Shown here: positions 1 through 12,466 of the stretch, piece after piece
How the letters are laid out: each line of letters begins with the position of its first letter
Numbering within the stretch: position 1 is the stretch's first letter
From: Eledone cirrhosa
Taxonomy: Eukaryota
Assembly (NCBI GenBank): GCA_964016885.1
Contig: CAXHJY010000164.1
Coordinates: 1-38,926, forward strand
Direction: 5' to 3'
Length of the DNA: 38,926 nucleotides
Notes under the pieces: generated by a model
Told to the model about the DNA's origin: nothing
Databases searched by the model: none
The model's input: only the letters and a program-made list of their open reading frames with translations
Program-made: the position numbers and the translations under genes

Positions 1-38
1 TCGAGTATGGTTTCTAATTAGTTGTCAAACTCTCTCTC

Positions 39-105
<67 letters not shown>

Positions 106-461
106 GTGTGTGTGTGCATGTATATATATACGTATATATATATGTGTGCGTGTATATATACACATGTGTGTGTGTGAATATATGTTCATTAGAAGTAATC
201 TCTTATAGGCTGCAGGCTTGTATCCGTAAATTCTGATGAGCTCAAAAATTAACGCATCGTTCCCCTACAGCCCGTAAAATATATAACTAATGAATACAAT
301 AAAACGTAGTACACTACATTCAAAGTTCTGTGTCGAGATGTTTCGTGAATTGCTCTGCTACTTACCCTAATCATACATAATGGGTGTGCGTATATAGATA
401 TACATATATATGCACACATATATGTGTATGTATATCTATATATATATATATATAAATATTA

Positions 462-561
<100 letters not shown>

Positions 562-636
562 AATATATTTTAAACGATATATATGTGGATATATCTATAG
601 AGAAACAAACTATTTTGTACACATATACAGACCAAA

Positions 637-738
<102 letters not shown>

Positions 739-788
739 GTATGTTTTACATATGTATTTAAATATATATATATCATTAGCTCATATGC

Positions 789-926
<138 letters not shown>

Positions 927-962
927 CAATAGACAAAAATTCATGTGGAACGATTTCTGCAC

Positions 963-1043
<81 letters not shown>

Positions 1044-1149
1044 TAAGTATGATCAATTAAGGCTACGTCAATGGAAGATGGACGGAAGATTCTGGAATAA
1101 ATTGAAGGCAATGATGATTTTAGTGTGTTACCTGTTATTGTATTAAATT

Positions 1150-1188
1150 GTCCTAATATTTCGGGTCTAAATCCCTTTATCAGAAGAC
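1150..1188 (-). ncRNA. Degenerate minimal type I hammerhead ribozyme motif (PLE-type)
   Basis: Minus strand reads GTCTT-CTGATAA-A-GGG-ATTTAGA-CCC-GAAATATT-AGGAC. Helix I is GTCTT/AGGAC, helix II is GGG/CCC, and helix III is the self-complementary ATAT. The core has a G>A change (CTGATAA). Confidence 0.5.
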
Positions 1189-1304
1189 TGCTTTTGCAAA
1201 ATACATACTTTTGAAACAAACTTATAATTTTCTTATCATTTGACCAACATTTTCTAAAACAAAGTTTCAATTAAACCATAAATCAACAATAAAAACAATA
1301 ATAA

Positions 1305-1426
1305 TTGTTTCTACTTTTGGCACAAGGCCAGTAAATACCCAGTGTATTACTGGTACTTTATCTTATCGACCCCGTAAGGATGAAAGGCAAAGTTAACCTT
1401 GGTGGGATTTGAATTCAGACCGTAAA
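1305..1426 (-). mobile_element. tRNA-derived SINE, 5'-truncated copy
   Basis: Reverse complement of the near-complete copy at 38566-38743 (tggcacaaggcc...tggtac...atcgac...aaggatgaaaggcaaagttaacct...atttgaa). Confidence 0.9.
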
Positions 1427-1849
1427 CTGTTGTCCCTTGAGGTGTCTGGGTGAGATCTGCAGTCAGCTTATGCAAACACAAATCACACCACCACCAGCAG
1501 CAGCACCACCACCACAACCACCACCACCACCAACACCAACACCAACAACAACAATAGCAGCAACAATAGCAATTACAAGAACGTCAAAGGGAGACATTAA
1601 CCAACTCAGCAGTGAATGTGTCACGTTGAATGTTTTAACGACGCCATTTTCAATAGTTATAAATTTTAACAATTTTCTCAACCTAGTTTTCTTAATTAAT
1701 TGAAGAGCAGAAACGATAACGGAAATGGAAAAACAATATACCCCCTCACCCCTCACCCACCACCTCACCCCTCACCTCACCTCACCCCACCCCACACCGC
1801 CAACTAAACCGTCAAATAATAATAATAATAATGACAATAGTAATAATAA

Positions 1850-1994
1850 TTGTTTCTACTTTTGGCACAAGGCCAGCCATTACCCAGTACATTACTGGTA
1901 CTTTATTTTATCGACTCCGTAAGGATGAAAGGCAAAGTTAACCTCGGCGGGATTTGAACTCAGAACATAAAGGGCCATAATTCTATGCTGCAGG
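1850..1994 (-). mobile_element. tRNA-derived SINE copy
   Basis: Same family. B-box GAGTTCAAATC on the minus strand, and an (AAT)n tract at its 3' end. Confidence 0.9.
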
Positions 1995-2060
1995 ACTCAG
2001 TCGTGTTTGTTCCTCGTATTCTTATTCTGCCAGTTTTGTTTTTGTAGTGGTAGTAGCACC

Positions 2061-2124
<64 letters not shown>

Positions 2125-2403
2125 ACAGTAGTAATAGTAGTAGTAGCAGTAGTGCAACTAGTAACAGTAATAATAATAATAGTAGTGGTAGTAGTAGTAG
2201 TTAAATTTGTTTTTGTTGTTGCCCTTCTTCGTCTCCTCCCCCTCCCCCTCCCACAACCTCCCCTCCCTCTCTCCCCCATCATACCAATTCCGATCTTATA
2301 AATGATTTGACTGTTTGAAACAAACGAGTTTGAGACAAGCTGAGAGGCCATAAAAACCACGGAAAGGTAATATTTCGTAAACGTTTTAAAAAGAGGGAGA
2401 AAA

Positions 2404-2860
2404 GTGTCAGATGGCGGCGTCGTCGGATGTGAGAGGAAGGAGAGAGAGAGGGTTGTATAGAGAGGAGGGAGAGTGTTAGATGGCATCGTCGTCGGATGTG
2501 AGAGGAAGGAGAGAGAGAGGGTTGTATAGAGAGGAGGGAGAGTGTTAGACGGCGGCGTCGTCGGATGTGAGAGGAAGGAGAGAAAGAGGGTTGCATAGAG
2601 AGGAGGGAGAGTGTTAGACGGCGGCGTCGTCGGATGTGAGAGGAAGGAGAGAGAGAGGGTTGTATAGAGAGGAGGGAGCGTGTTAGACAGCGGCGTCGTC
2701 GGATGTGAGAGGAAGGAGAGAGAGGGAGAGAGAGAGGGCTGTATAGAGAGGAGGGAGAGTGTTAGACGGCGGTGACGGAAACGACGAGAGGGGCGTGGTA
2801 AGAGAGAGGATGGAGAGAGAGAGAGGGGGAGAGTGTTAGATGGCGGTGTTGTCGGATATG
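2404..2860. repeat. ~69-bp minisatellite, 7 units (gtgttagaYggcggcgtcgtcggatgtgagaggaaggagagagagagggttgtatagagaggagggaga)
   Basis: Unit starts at 2404, 2473, 2542, 2611, 2680, 2759 and 2833. The last two units are degenerate. Confidence 0.95.
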
Positions 2861-2899
2861 GAGGGAGGTGCGTGGTGAGAGAGAGAGAGAGAGAAAGTG

Positions 2900-2963
<64 letters not shown>

Positions 2964-3267
2964 CGAGAGAAGAAGAGAGGGCGGCGATGGGGAGAAATAG
3001 CGGCAGCGGTGGCGGCGGCGTTTGTTGAGTTAATTTCAGGTATAATTAGTCAAACCCATTATTAGCCAGTAATTTGGCCGCCAACCCTCCCCTACACGCC
3101 ACGACGCCGCCACCAAACGAGAGGAAAGTAAATGAATGGAAACAAGTAAAATGTAGGAGTATAATTTAGAAGTTAATTTCCTTTGGTTTATTACCAGTTG
3201 GAGTAGAAATTAGCATTTAGCTGTCACAACAGCGATCTTTCAAACTACAACACTTTTGCTATAGACT

Positions 3268-3472
3268 TATACGAGGGTCGGCTGAAAATTTCATAGTCTG
3301 ACCAAGATCCTAAATTTTTGATACTATTCGCTACTTCCTTATACCACGGTCGGTTGAAAATTTCATCGGGTGACCAACATCCATGAAGGAAAATATTCGC
3401 TACTTCCTTATACGAGGGTCGACTGAAAAATTCAAGGTAAACATAGAACCAAGATACTCTCATGGAATGACC
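3268..3472. mobile_element. Three tandem copies (~70 bp) of a Tc1/mariner-like terminal inverted repeat
   Basis: TA|TACGAGGGTCGRCTGAAAA motif at 3270, 3342 (variant) and 3411. TA-preceded TACGAGGG..GAAAA termini are typical of mariner elements. No transposase ORF is present. Confidence 0.7.
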
Positions 3473-3513
3473 GGATAAAGTGTCTATATGTCTATGTGTA
3501 GATGTGGGTTTAT

Positions 3514-3570
<57 letters not shown>

Positions 3571-3627
3571 CCCACATCTACACATACACATATGTACACC
3601 CACATCTATACACATATATGTATATAC

Positions 3628-3760
<133 letters not shown>

Positions 3761-3971
3761 CATATGTATATACATATATACAAACAAACAGACATATACA
3801 TACACAGATATATACACACACACACATATATATATATAGACACACACACGCACATATATATATACACACACACACACATATATACATATATACATATATA
3901 TATATATATACAAAAACCCACATCTATATACATATATCTATACACAGATATACACGCATATATACATACAC

Positions 3972-4058
<87 letters not shown>

Positions 4059-4064
4059 CATAAT

Positions 4065-4199
<135 letters not shown>

Positions 4200-4316
4200 A
4201 ACGTTTGATATCTTAAATACGTTGTTAATAAGATAAGTTATGATATGAACCGTGTAAGATTAAGAACTTCTGTTGATGAGACTTCACAAATGAGATTCTT
4301 GCCCCCCCTCTCCCTC

Positions 4317-4449
<133 letters not shown>

Positions 4450-4477
4450 TATATACATATACCCACATATGTGTATT

Positions 4478-4526
<49 letters not shown>

Positions 4527-4657
4527 ATTTTTATATATATATGTATATATTTATATATATATATTCATACACACACACACACATATATATATATATTTAA
4601 ATATTTATACACACACACATATATATATATTATACACACACAAGACACACACACACA

Positions 4658-4735
<78 letters not shown>

Positions 4736-4737
<2 letters not shown>

Positions 4738-4992
4738 GTTATGTAATAAACGACATAAGATAATTATTTCATTTACCTGTGGTTTCTTGAAGACAGCTAT
4801 TTACATCTGTCTTCAGTCGTCAGAATGAATAAAATCTATTTTATTCATTCTGACGACTGAAGACAGATGTAAATAGCTGTCTTCAAGAAACCACAGGTAA
4901 ATGAAATAATTATCTTATGTCGTTTATTACATAACTAAAAAGCTCTGTAGCCTACATAGAGCACTCTTTTGCTTTACCTTTCTTATGGAAAT

Positions 4993-4997
<5 letters not shown>
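4736..4997 (+). mobile_element. Fold-back PLE/retrozyme-like end: perfect 100-bp inverted repeat plus ~60-bp tail, within (TA)n
   Basis: 4736-4835 is the exact reverse complement of 4838-4937 (2-nt spacer CT). The tail contains ctctg..atagagcact..tttacc. (TA)n lies on both sides. Confidence 0.8.
4841..4909 (+). ncRNA. Type I hammerhead ribozyme (mirror copy on the minus strand in the left arm)
   Basis: Helix I TTATTCATT (4841-4849) pairs with AATGAAATAA (4900-4909). Core CTGACGA at 4850-4856. Helix II TGAAGACAG/CTGTCTTCA. GAAA at 4887-4890. Helix III ACC-aca-GGT. Predicted GUA cleavage after 4899. Confidence 0.8.
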
Positions 4998-5038
<41 letters not shown>

Positions 5039-5149
5039 CACATACATATAAAGATATGCATATATATACACATATATAAACATAAATATATATACACATA
5101 TATAGATACATATACATACATATATAAACATACATATACATATATATAT

Positions 5150-5195
<46 letters not shown>

Positions 5196-5459
5196 GTATG
5201 TGTGTAAATATATATATATATATATATACATATATACATACATATATATGAAAGATATCCATTACAAGAAAGGTATCCATTAGATAACAGACGACACCAG
5301 CGCCCCTACCTCTCACCGTCTCCAGCTCCACCCCTCGGACAACCTTAATGGAATACTGAACAAAGGGAGATAACAGTCTTTTTTTAACCTAATGAGGAGA
5401 CATTCATAATATTGGAGGTGTATTTATTTAGTTTTTAATGGATTCCACACAGCAGGTAA

Positions 5460-5595
<136 letters not shown>

Positions 5596-5628
5596 GCTAC
5601 TATTACTACTACTACTACTGCTACTACA

Positions 5629-5743
<115 letters not shown>

Positions 5744-5747
5744 GTAC

Positions 5748-5779
<32 letters not shown>

Positions 5780-5802
5780 TCTGTCATTACCGTAACATAA
5801 TT

Positions 5803-5896
5803 CTGACGAGCTTTTCATTCAAGAGCCGCACCAGATCAATACAGATCAAACCTTGTGAGCTGATCAATCGCGAAACGTGCGTCATACCTCAATAAA
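5803..5896 (+). ncRNA. Hammerhead-like motif with long helix II region, followed by AATAAA
   Basis: CTGACGAG-C (5803) ... GC-GAAAC-GTGC-GTC (5870-5883), then AATAAA at 5891. Helix I is poor. The island is bounded by TGTCATTA/TAATGACA and (TA)n. Confidence 0.5.
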
Positions 5897-5903
5897 TATA
5901 ATG

Positions 5904-5975
<72 letters not shown>

Positions 5976-6079
5976 GTATATATAGATAAATATATATAGA
6001 TACATATATATGTGTGTATATATAAATATATACAGTGAAAAACAAAGGGAAGATCATTCATTCTTATATACACACATTT

Positions 6080-6138
<59 letters not shown>

Positions 6139-6187
6139 CTAATATATATGTATATATATACATATATATATATATACATATATATAC

Positions 6188-6262
<75 letters not shown>

Positions 6263-6263
6263 C

Positions 6264-6393
<130 letters not shown>

Positions 6394-6584
6394 CATATAT
6401 ATACACCCTATCTCAAGACAGACTGTCATAAAGAAGTCGGAATTAATAGGAAACGAAGACAGAAATTAGAAATAAAGAAAAAATACGTCAAAGAAGAAAA
6501 GGAAAAAATGGAGGGAAAAATTTAGTAAAGATAGAAAAATAGAGAATTGTGGAGAAGTGGACCAAGTGAATTTAATGAAGAGTG

Positions 6585-6647
<63 letters not shown>

Positions 6648-6853
6648 CTGTACGTATGTATGTATGTGTGTATGTATATCGTGTATATATATATGTATGT
6701 ATATTGTATATATATATATATACATATATATAGTATATATAATATATATGTATTATATATATACCATATGTATACATATACTATCCATATATATATATAC
6801 TATATGTACATAAATACTATATATATTTATACATGTATATATATGTACATATA

Positions 6854-6937
<84 letters not shown>

Positions 6938-6943
6938 ATATAC

Positions 6944-6986
<43 letters not shown>

Positions 6987-7062
6987 CGTTGGTATATTTA
7001 TACGCACACACATAAATACGTTTATATGTGTGTCTGTGTGTATATATATACGTGTGTATATA

Positions 7063-7094
<32 letters not shown>

Positions 7095-7275
7095 CGTGTG
7101 TGTGTATGGATACATACAATGTCTTTTGACATTGATAAGCAACACGGGTCATTTGACAAATGTGGAATGTGGTGGCAAAAGTGGAGGACCGTATCACATT
7201 GATTTCCTTTCAGACATTTAGTGTTGCTTTAAAGAGACGCTGGGGAGATATTAAGGTGAAACGTGATAGACGTGG

Positions 7276-8140
7276 GTGTAAATTTCAAGATGGCCGCTAT
7301 GTGTTGTTGAAGATGTTGGCGACGCTGGTGTAGATTTCAAAATGGTGGCTATGTAATGTTGTTGACGCTGGCGACGGTGATGGTGAAGATTTCATGATGG
7401 CCGCTATGTGATGTTGATGATGTTGGCGACGATGGTGAAGATTTCAAGATGGCCGCCATGTGTTGTTGATGATGTTGGCAACGGTGATGGTGAAGATTTC
7501 ATGATGGCCGCTATGCGATGTTGATGATGTTGGCGACGATGGTGAAGATTTCAAGATGGCCGCCATGTGTTGTAGATGATGTTGGCAACGGTGATGGTGA
7601 AGATTTCATGATGGCCGCTATGCGATGTTGATGATGTTGGCAACGGTGGTGAATATTTCAAGATGGCCGCCATGTGTTGTTGACGATGTTGGTGACGGTG
7701 GTGAATATTTCAAGATGGCCGCCATGTGTTGTTGAAGATGTTGGCGACGGTGGTGTAGATTTCAAGATGGCCGCCATGTGTTGTTGATGATGTTGGCGAC
7801 GGTGGTGAAGATTTCAAGATGGCCGCCATGTGTTGTTGATGATGTTGGCAACGGTGGTGAAGATTTCAAGATGGCCGCTATGTGATGTTGAGGATGTTGG
7901 CAACGGTGGTGGTGTAGATTTCAAGATGGTGGCTATGTAATGATGATGTTGGCGACGGTGATGTAGATTTCAAGATGGTCGCTATGTAATGAGGATGTTG
8001 GCGGTGGTGGTGTAGATTTAAAGATGGTGGCTATGTAATGATGATGTTGGCGACGGTGATGTAGATTTCAAGATGGTCGCTATGTAATGAGGATGTTGGC
8101 GGTGGTGGTGTAGATTTAAAGATGGTGGCTATGTACTGTT
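7276..8140. repeat. 49-55-bp minisatellite, ~17 units, consensus atttcaagatggccgccatgtgttgttgatgatgttggcgacggtggtgaag (52 bp)
   Basis: Direct periodicity, with dimeric higher-order repeats of 107 bp (7441 to 7548) and 98 bp (7943 to 8041). Confidence 0.97.
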
Positions 8141-8163
8141 GGTGATGGTGCTGGTTTGCAAGA

Positions 8164-8314
8164 ATGGTTTCTAATTTAGGCACAAGGCCAGCAATTTGAT
8201 TAAATCGACCCTAGTGTATTACTGGTACCTTATTTTATCGACCACCGTAAGGATGAAAGACAAAGTTAACCTCGGCAGGATTTGAACTCGGAACCTAAAG
8301 GACCATGTGCTGCA
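8164..8314 (-). mobile_element. tRNA-derived SINE copy
   Basis: ggcacaaggccagcaatttgattaaatcgaccc...aaggatgaaagacaaagttaacctcggcaggatttgaactc. Same family, with a longer internal segment. Confidence 0.9.
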
Positions 8315-8315
8315 T

Positions 8316-8655
8316 ATAATAATAATAAGAAGAAGAAAAAGAAGAGGAAGAAGAAGAAAAAAGAAAAATGTAAAATAGAAAAAAGAAAAAATAGAAAAAA
8401 GAATAAAAAGAAGAATGCAAAGAAGAAGAAGGCAAAAAGAAGAAGAAGGCAAAGGAGAAGAAAAAGAAGGCAAAGAAGAAGGCAAAAAAGAAAAAGAAGG
8501 AAACGAAGAAGGCAAAGAAGAATAAAAAGGAAAAAAGAAGAAGAAAAAGAAGAAAAAGAAGGCAAAGAAGAAGGCAAAGAAGAAAAAGAAGGCAAAGAAG
8601 AAAAAGGCAAAAAAGAAGAAGAGGAAGGAGAATAAAAAGGCAGTGAAGAAGAAGA
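8316..8655. repeat. Purine-rich (GAA/AAAG) low-complexity tract
   Basis: Directly visible. Source of the K/R/E-rich ORF 8282-8635. Confidence 0.9.
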
Positions 8656-9440
8656 ACTGTGTTCAGTATCGTTTGATCCGGAACCCATTTGGTTGATAAG
8701 TCGCTGCTCAAACAATATAAATTGCAGCACACACACGACACTACTAAAAGTGAATTTCTTAACGACGAAATATTAAAGTAAAATTAAGTTGACATCTTAC
8801 TTAATTAAATACAAGTTACAGTATCTCTAACAATTAATTACGTCTTTTTATCGACTTCTATTTCGAGCATTGCCTAATTAGTGGATATTAATTAAAATCT
8901 TCTATCATATAAAACGCCTGAAACTTATAATCAGCTGATTGGTTCGTAAGATCATCAAATTCGGAATTAGCTTTAGTCATGGGGTACGCTAACTACGTCG
9001 TTGCCCAAGATATACGATTAAAATGGCGTCGAACATAGTTTTAGTTTTAAATATAGACGCTAACTCTTTAGTAAATAACGGCTTATTAAATTTAATAGAA
9101 ATAGACGCAAGCTTTGCCGCATTTTCATTAGAGAAATTTTAGCCTGATATTGGGGTTTAAAACCCTTTAAGAATGGAATAGGAGGAGTTTTGGCGTATAT
9201 GTAGGTCAATACACATCCTTCTCGATTTAGAGGGCTTCAAACACCACCAGGCTTAATTTCTTTAGTCAAATTACGGCGAAGACCAAAATCCGAAGAAGGC
9301 AGGAAAAGTTTCAGAAGATCCTGTAATAAGGTGAAATCAGAAATTTTAATCTGCACTGTGAAACTGGCAAAGGAAACAAATAAATATTCTTAAAAAGACT
9401 CCAGTTGCATTTTCGATTTCTTTTCCTTATACTTTGTAGA

Positions 9441-9939
<499 letters not shown>

Positions 9940-10384
9940 ACAACATTATTTGCTTGAATTCCAAGTTACTTCTTAAAATTTCTATGTCAAAATTCATTAA
10001 AATTTATCCACCATGATATATATTTATTGTTAAGCAAAATATATCGAATCTTTTGGCAGGATTAGTGACAGAGACCCTTTTCAAATACAACTTTCTTTCT
10101 AAATATTTTCACAATATTTTCACAAGATATATTTTTTTTAGAAAGGTGTCACATTTTTATTAAACATATTTTTGAAGAAGACAGTTCGTTCTCAAAAATG
10201 TCTTTTGGCTTTCAAATATAGTTTCCATCATTGGTGTTTTACTCAGTACGATAGACAGACGATAAATATAAAATATATTTTGTAAAAACTGAAATATATA
10301 TCTGTATATATATATATAATCTAATTATATATATGTACAGATATTTACAAATATATACATGCAAACATACACACTCAAATATAT

Positions 10385-10419
<35 letters not shown>

Positions 10420-10509
10420 TTTTCATATATATAATATTCTATATTTATACATATATACATATATATAATATACTTATATATATATATGATATTATTATAT
10501 ATATAATAC

Positions 10510-10580
<71 letters not shown>

Positions 10581-11120
10581 CACATGCATACATACGTGTC
10601 CGTGTATTCCGAAAATAAATAAATAAAAATATATAACATAATATATAACAAAATATATAACAATATATATATATCAATATATATATAACAATATATAACA
10701 CAATATATATATAATAATATATATAAACTTAACGACAAAACAAAGATGTCAGCGATAAAAGCAACAGCATGTATTACGATCTCAGCTGTGAAAAATTCAA
10801 AATGTCAGCCAATGGACTCTTGTTGGGGATTTTACACTAAAAGCATTCATTAGCTTTTAGTAAGCTACTGAGAACTAAGGCATTGTGACATTTAGAGTTT
10901 TTCAAACTTGAAATTCGTATCTATTACTTTCACTTTTACTTTAGGTAGGTCTCTGTTCTCTTCCCCGCCTCAACTAAGGATTTCTACCTCTTGTGTTTGT
11001 TATTTTACTCTGCTCTGTTGCTCTATCTGTTTATAAGTTTGTACCGTGCTGTACTGTAATGTGCTGTGGTCTGGTGTGGTGTGTGTGTGTGTATTTCTCT
11101 AGGATGTGATCTGTGTGTGC

Positions 11121-11186
<66 letters not shown>

Positions 11187-11195
11187 ATGAGTATA

Positions 11196-11313
11196 TAACG
11201 CTTGATATAGCAGATATACTCAGACATAGTATATCTGCTATATCAAGCGTTAACCTAATATATCCCTTCAATGTACTGTACCGATTGTGTTGTTTCTGTT
11301 TACCTTTTACATA
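11196..11313 (+). mobile_element. Short fold-back island: perfect 25-bp inverted repeat plus tail
   Basis: 11196-11220 pairs with 11228-11252 across a 7-nt loop. The tail ends tttaccttttac, like the 4938-4997 tail. It lies between TA/CA tracts. Confidence 0.6.
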
Positions 11314-11316
11314 GAT

Positions 11317-11350
<34 letters not shown>

Positions 11351-11373
<23 letters not shown>

Positions 11374-11507
11374 TATCCATCCACTGTGTCTATCTGTTTG
11401 TCTATTATTTTGTTTGTTATATTTTTCTTACTCGATTTTTATGTAAACTCCCCCCACCCATGTACATGTCCCTTTCTTTTGTGCCCTAGTGGCAAATAAA
11501 CAGAAAT

Positions 11508-11587
<80 letters not shown>

Positions 11588-11790
11588 AACTACCTACCTA
11601 TCTATCTATTTATCACCCTTCCTCCCTCCCTACTTGCCTACCCACCTACCAACCAACCTACCTACCTACCTACCTACCTACCTACCTACCTACCTACCTA
11701 CCTACCTACCTACCTACCTACCTACCTACCTACCTACCTACCTACGTCCCTATCTATTTATCAACCTACCTACCTACCTAACAACCTACC
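11351..11790 (+). mobile_element. Probable retroposon 3' end with AATAAA, followed by (TATC)n and (CCTA)n tracts
   Basis: tgtaaactc...gccctagtggcaAATAAAcagaaatt resembles the LINE tail at 27200-27240. Confidence 0.45.
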
Positions 11791-11985
11791 TACAACACTA
11801 CTTCTGTACATAAATACTTCGAAAGGTCAGCCATTTCTTATATATTTTTGTTTACACCGAAGTCTACTAAAAGTGATAAACAAGAATTTATTTTTTCATC
11901 TATTATTTTCCACTTGAAGGCGGCCATTTTGTTACGGACGAAGAATTAATGGAACATGTTTTTATTTGTTTCGGTTCCCTGCTCA

Positions 11986-12049
11986 CTGAGTTCAAAGCCC
12001 GCCGAGGACAACTTTAACTTAAATCGTTCTGGGAGGTCGATAAATAAAC
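11986..12049 (+). mobile_element. Degenerate SINE fragment
   Basis: ctgagttcaaagcccgccgaggacaacttt...ggtcgataaataaa matches the same SINE family. Confidence 0.7.
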
Positions 12050-12117
12050 TTCAGGTCCGGATAGACAAAATCCCAGACCTCATTTGCTTACCCCCCCCCC
12101 CACGTATATAAATATAT

Positions 12118-12204
<87 letters not shown>

Positions 12205-12205
<1 letters not shown>

Positions 12206-12259
12206 GGTGCCCCAGCATGGCCTCAGCCGGATGGCTGAAACAGGTAAAAGAGTAAAAGA

Positions 12260-12260
<1 letters not shown>
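12205..12260 (+). mobile_element. 3' end of a second SINE-like family with (AAAAGAGT)n tail
   Basis: cggtgccccagcatggc...ctgaaacaggtaaaagagtaaaagag. A related sequence occurs at 38885-38926. Confidence 0.65.
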
Positions 12261-12303
<43 letters not shown>

Positions 12304-12370
12304 TCTTTTACTCTATATATCTACCTACCTCACCCACTCTCTCTCTATATATATATGTATATATATACAT

Positions 12371-12466
<96 letters not shown>

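Noticed and set aside
7192-7207. ATCACATTG-ATTTCC similarity to miR-23, and TATCACA similarity to miR-2
   Set aside because: Only a partial match with a 6-nt gap or a different seed, and no clean precursor hairpin.
8282-8635. K/R/E-rich 117-aa ORF resembling a protamine or basic protein
   Set aside because: It starts inside a SINE and runs through a GAA low-complexity tract.
9190-9395. GVYVGQ peptide (GIY-YIG-like) and a ~60-codon open stretch
   Set aside because: The motif frame stops within a few codons, and the open frame resembles nothing I recognise.
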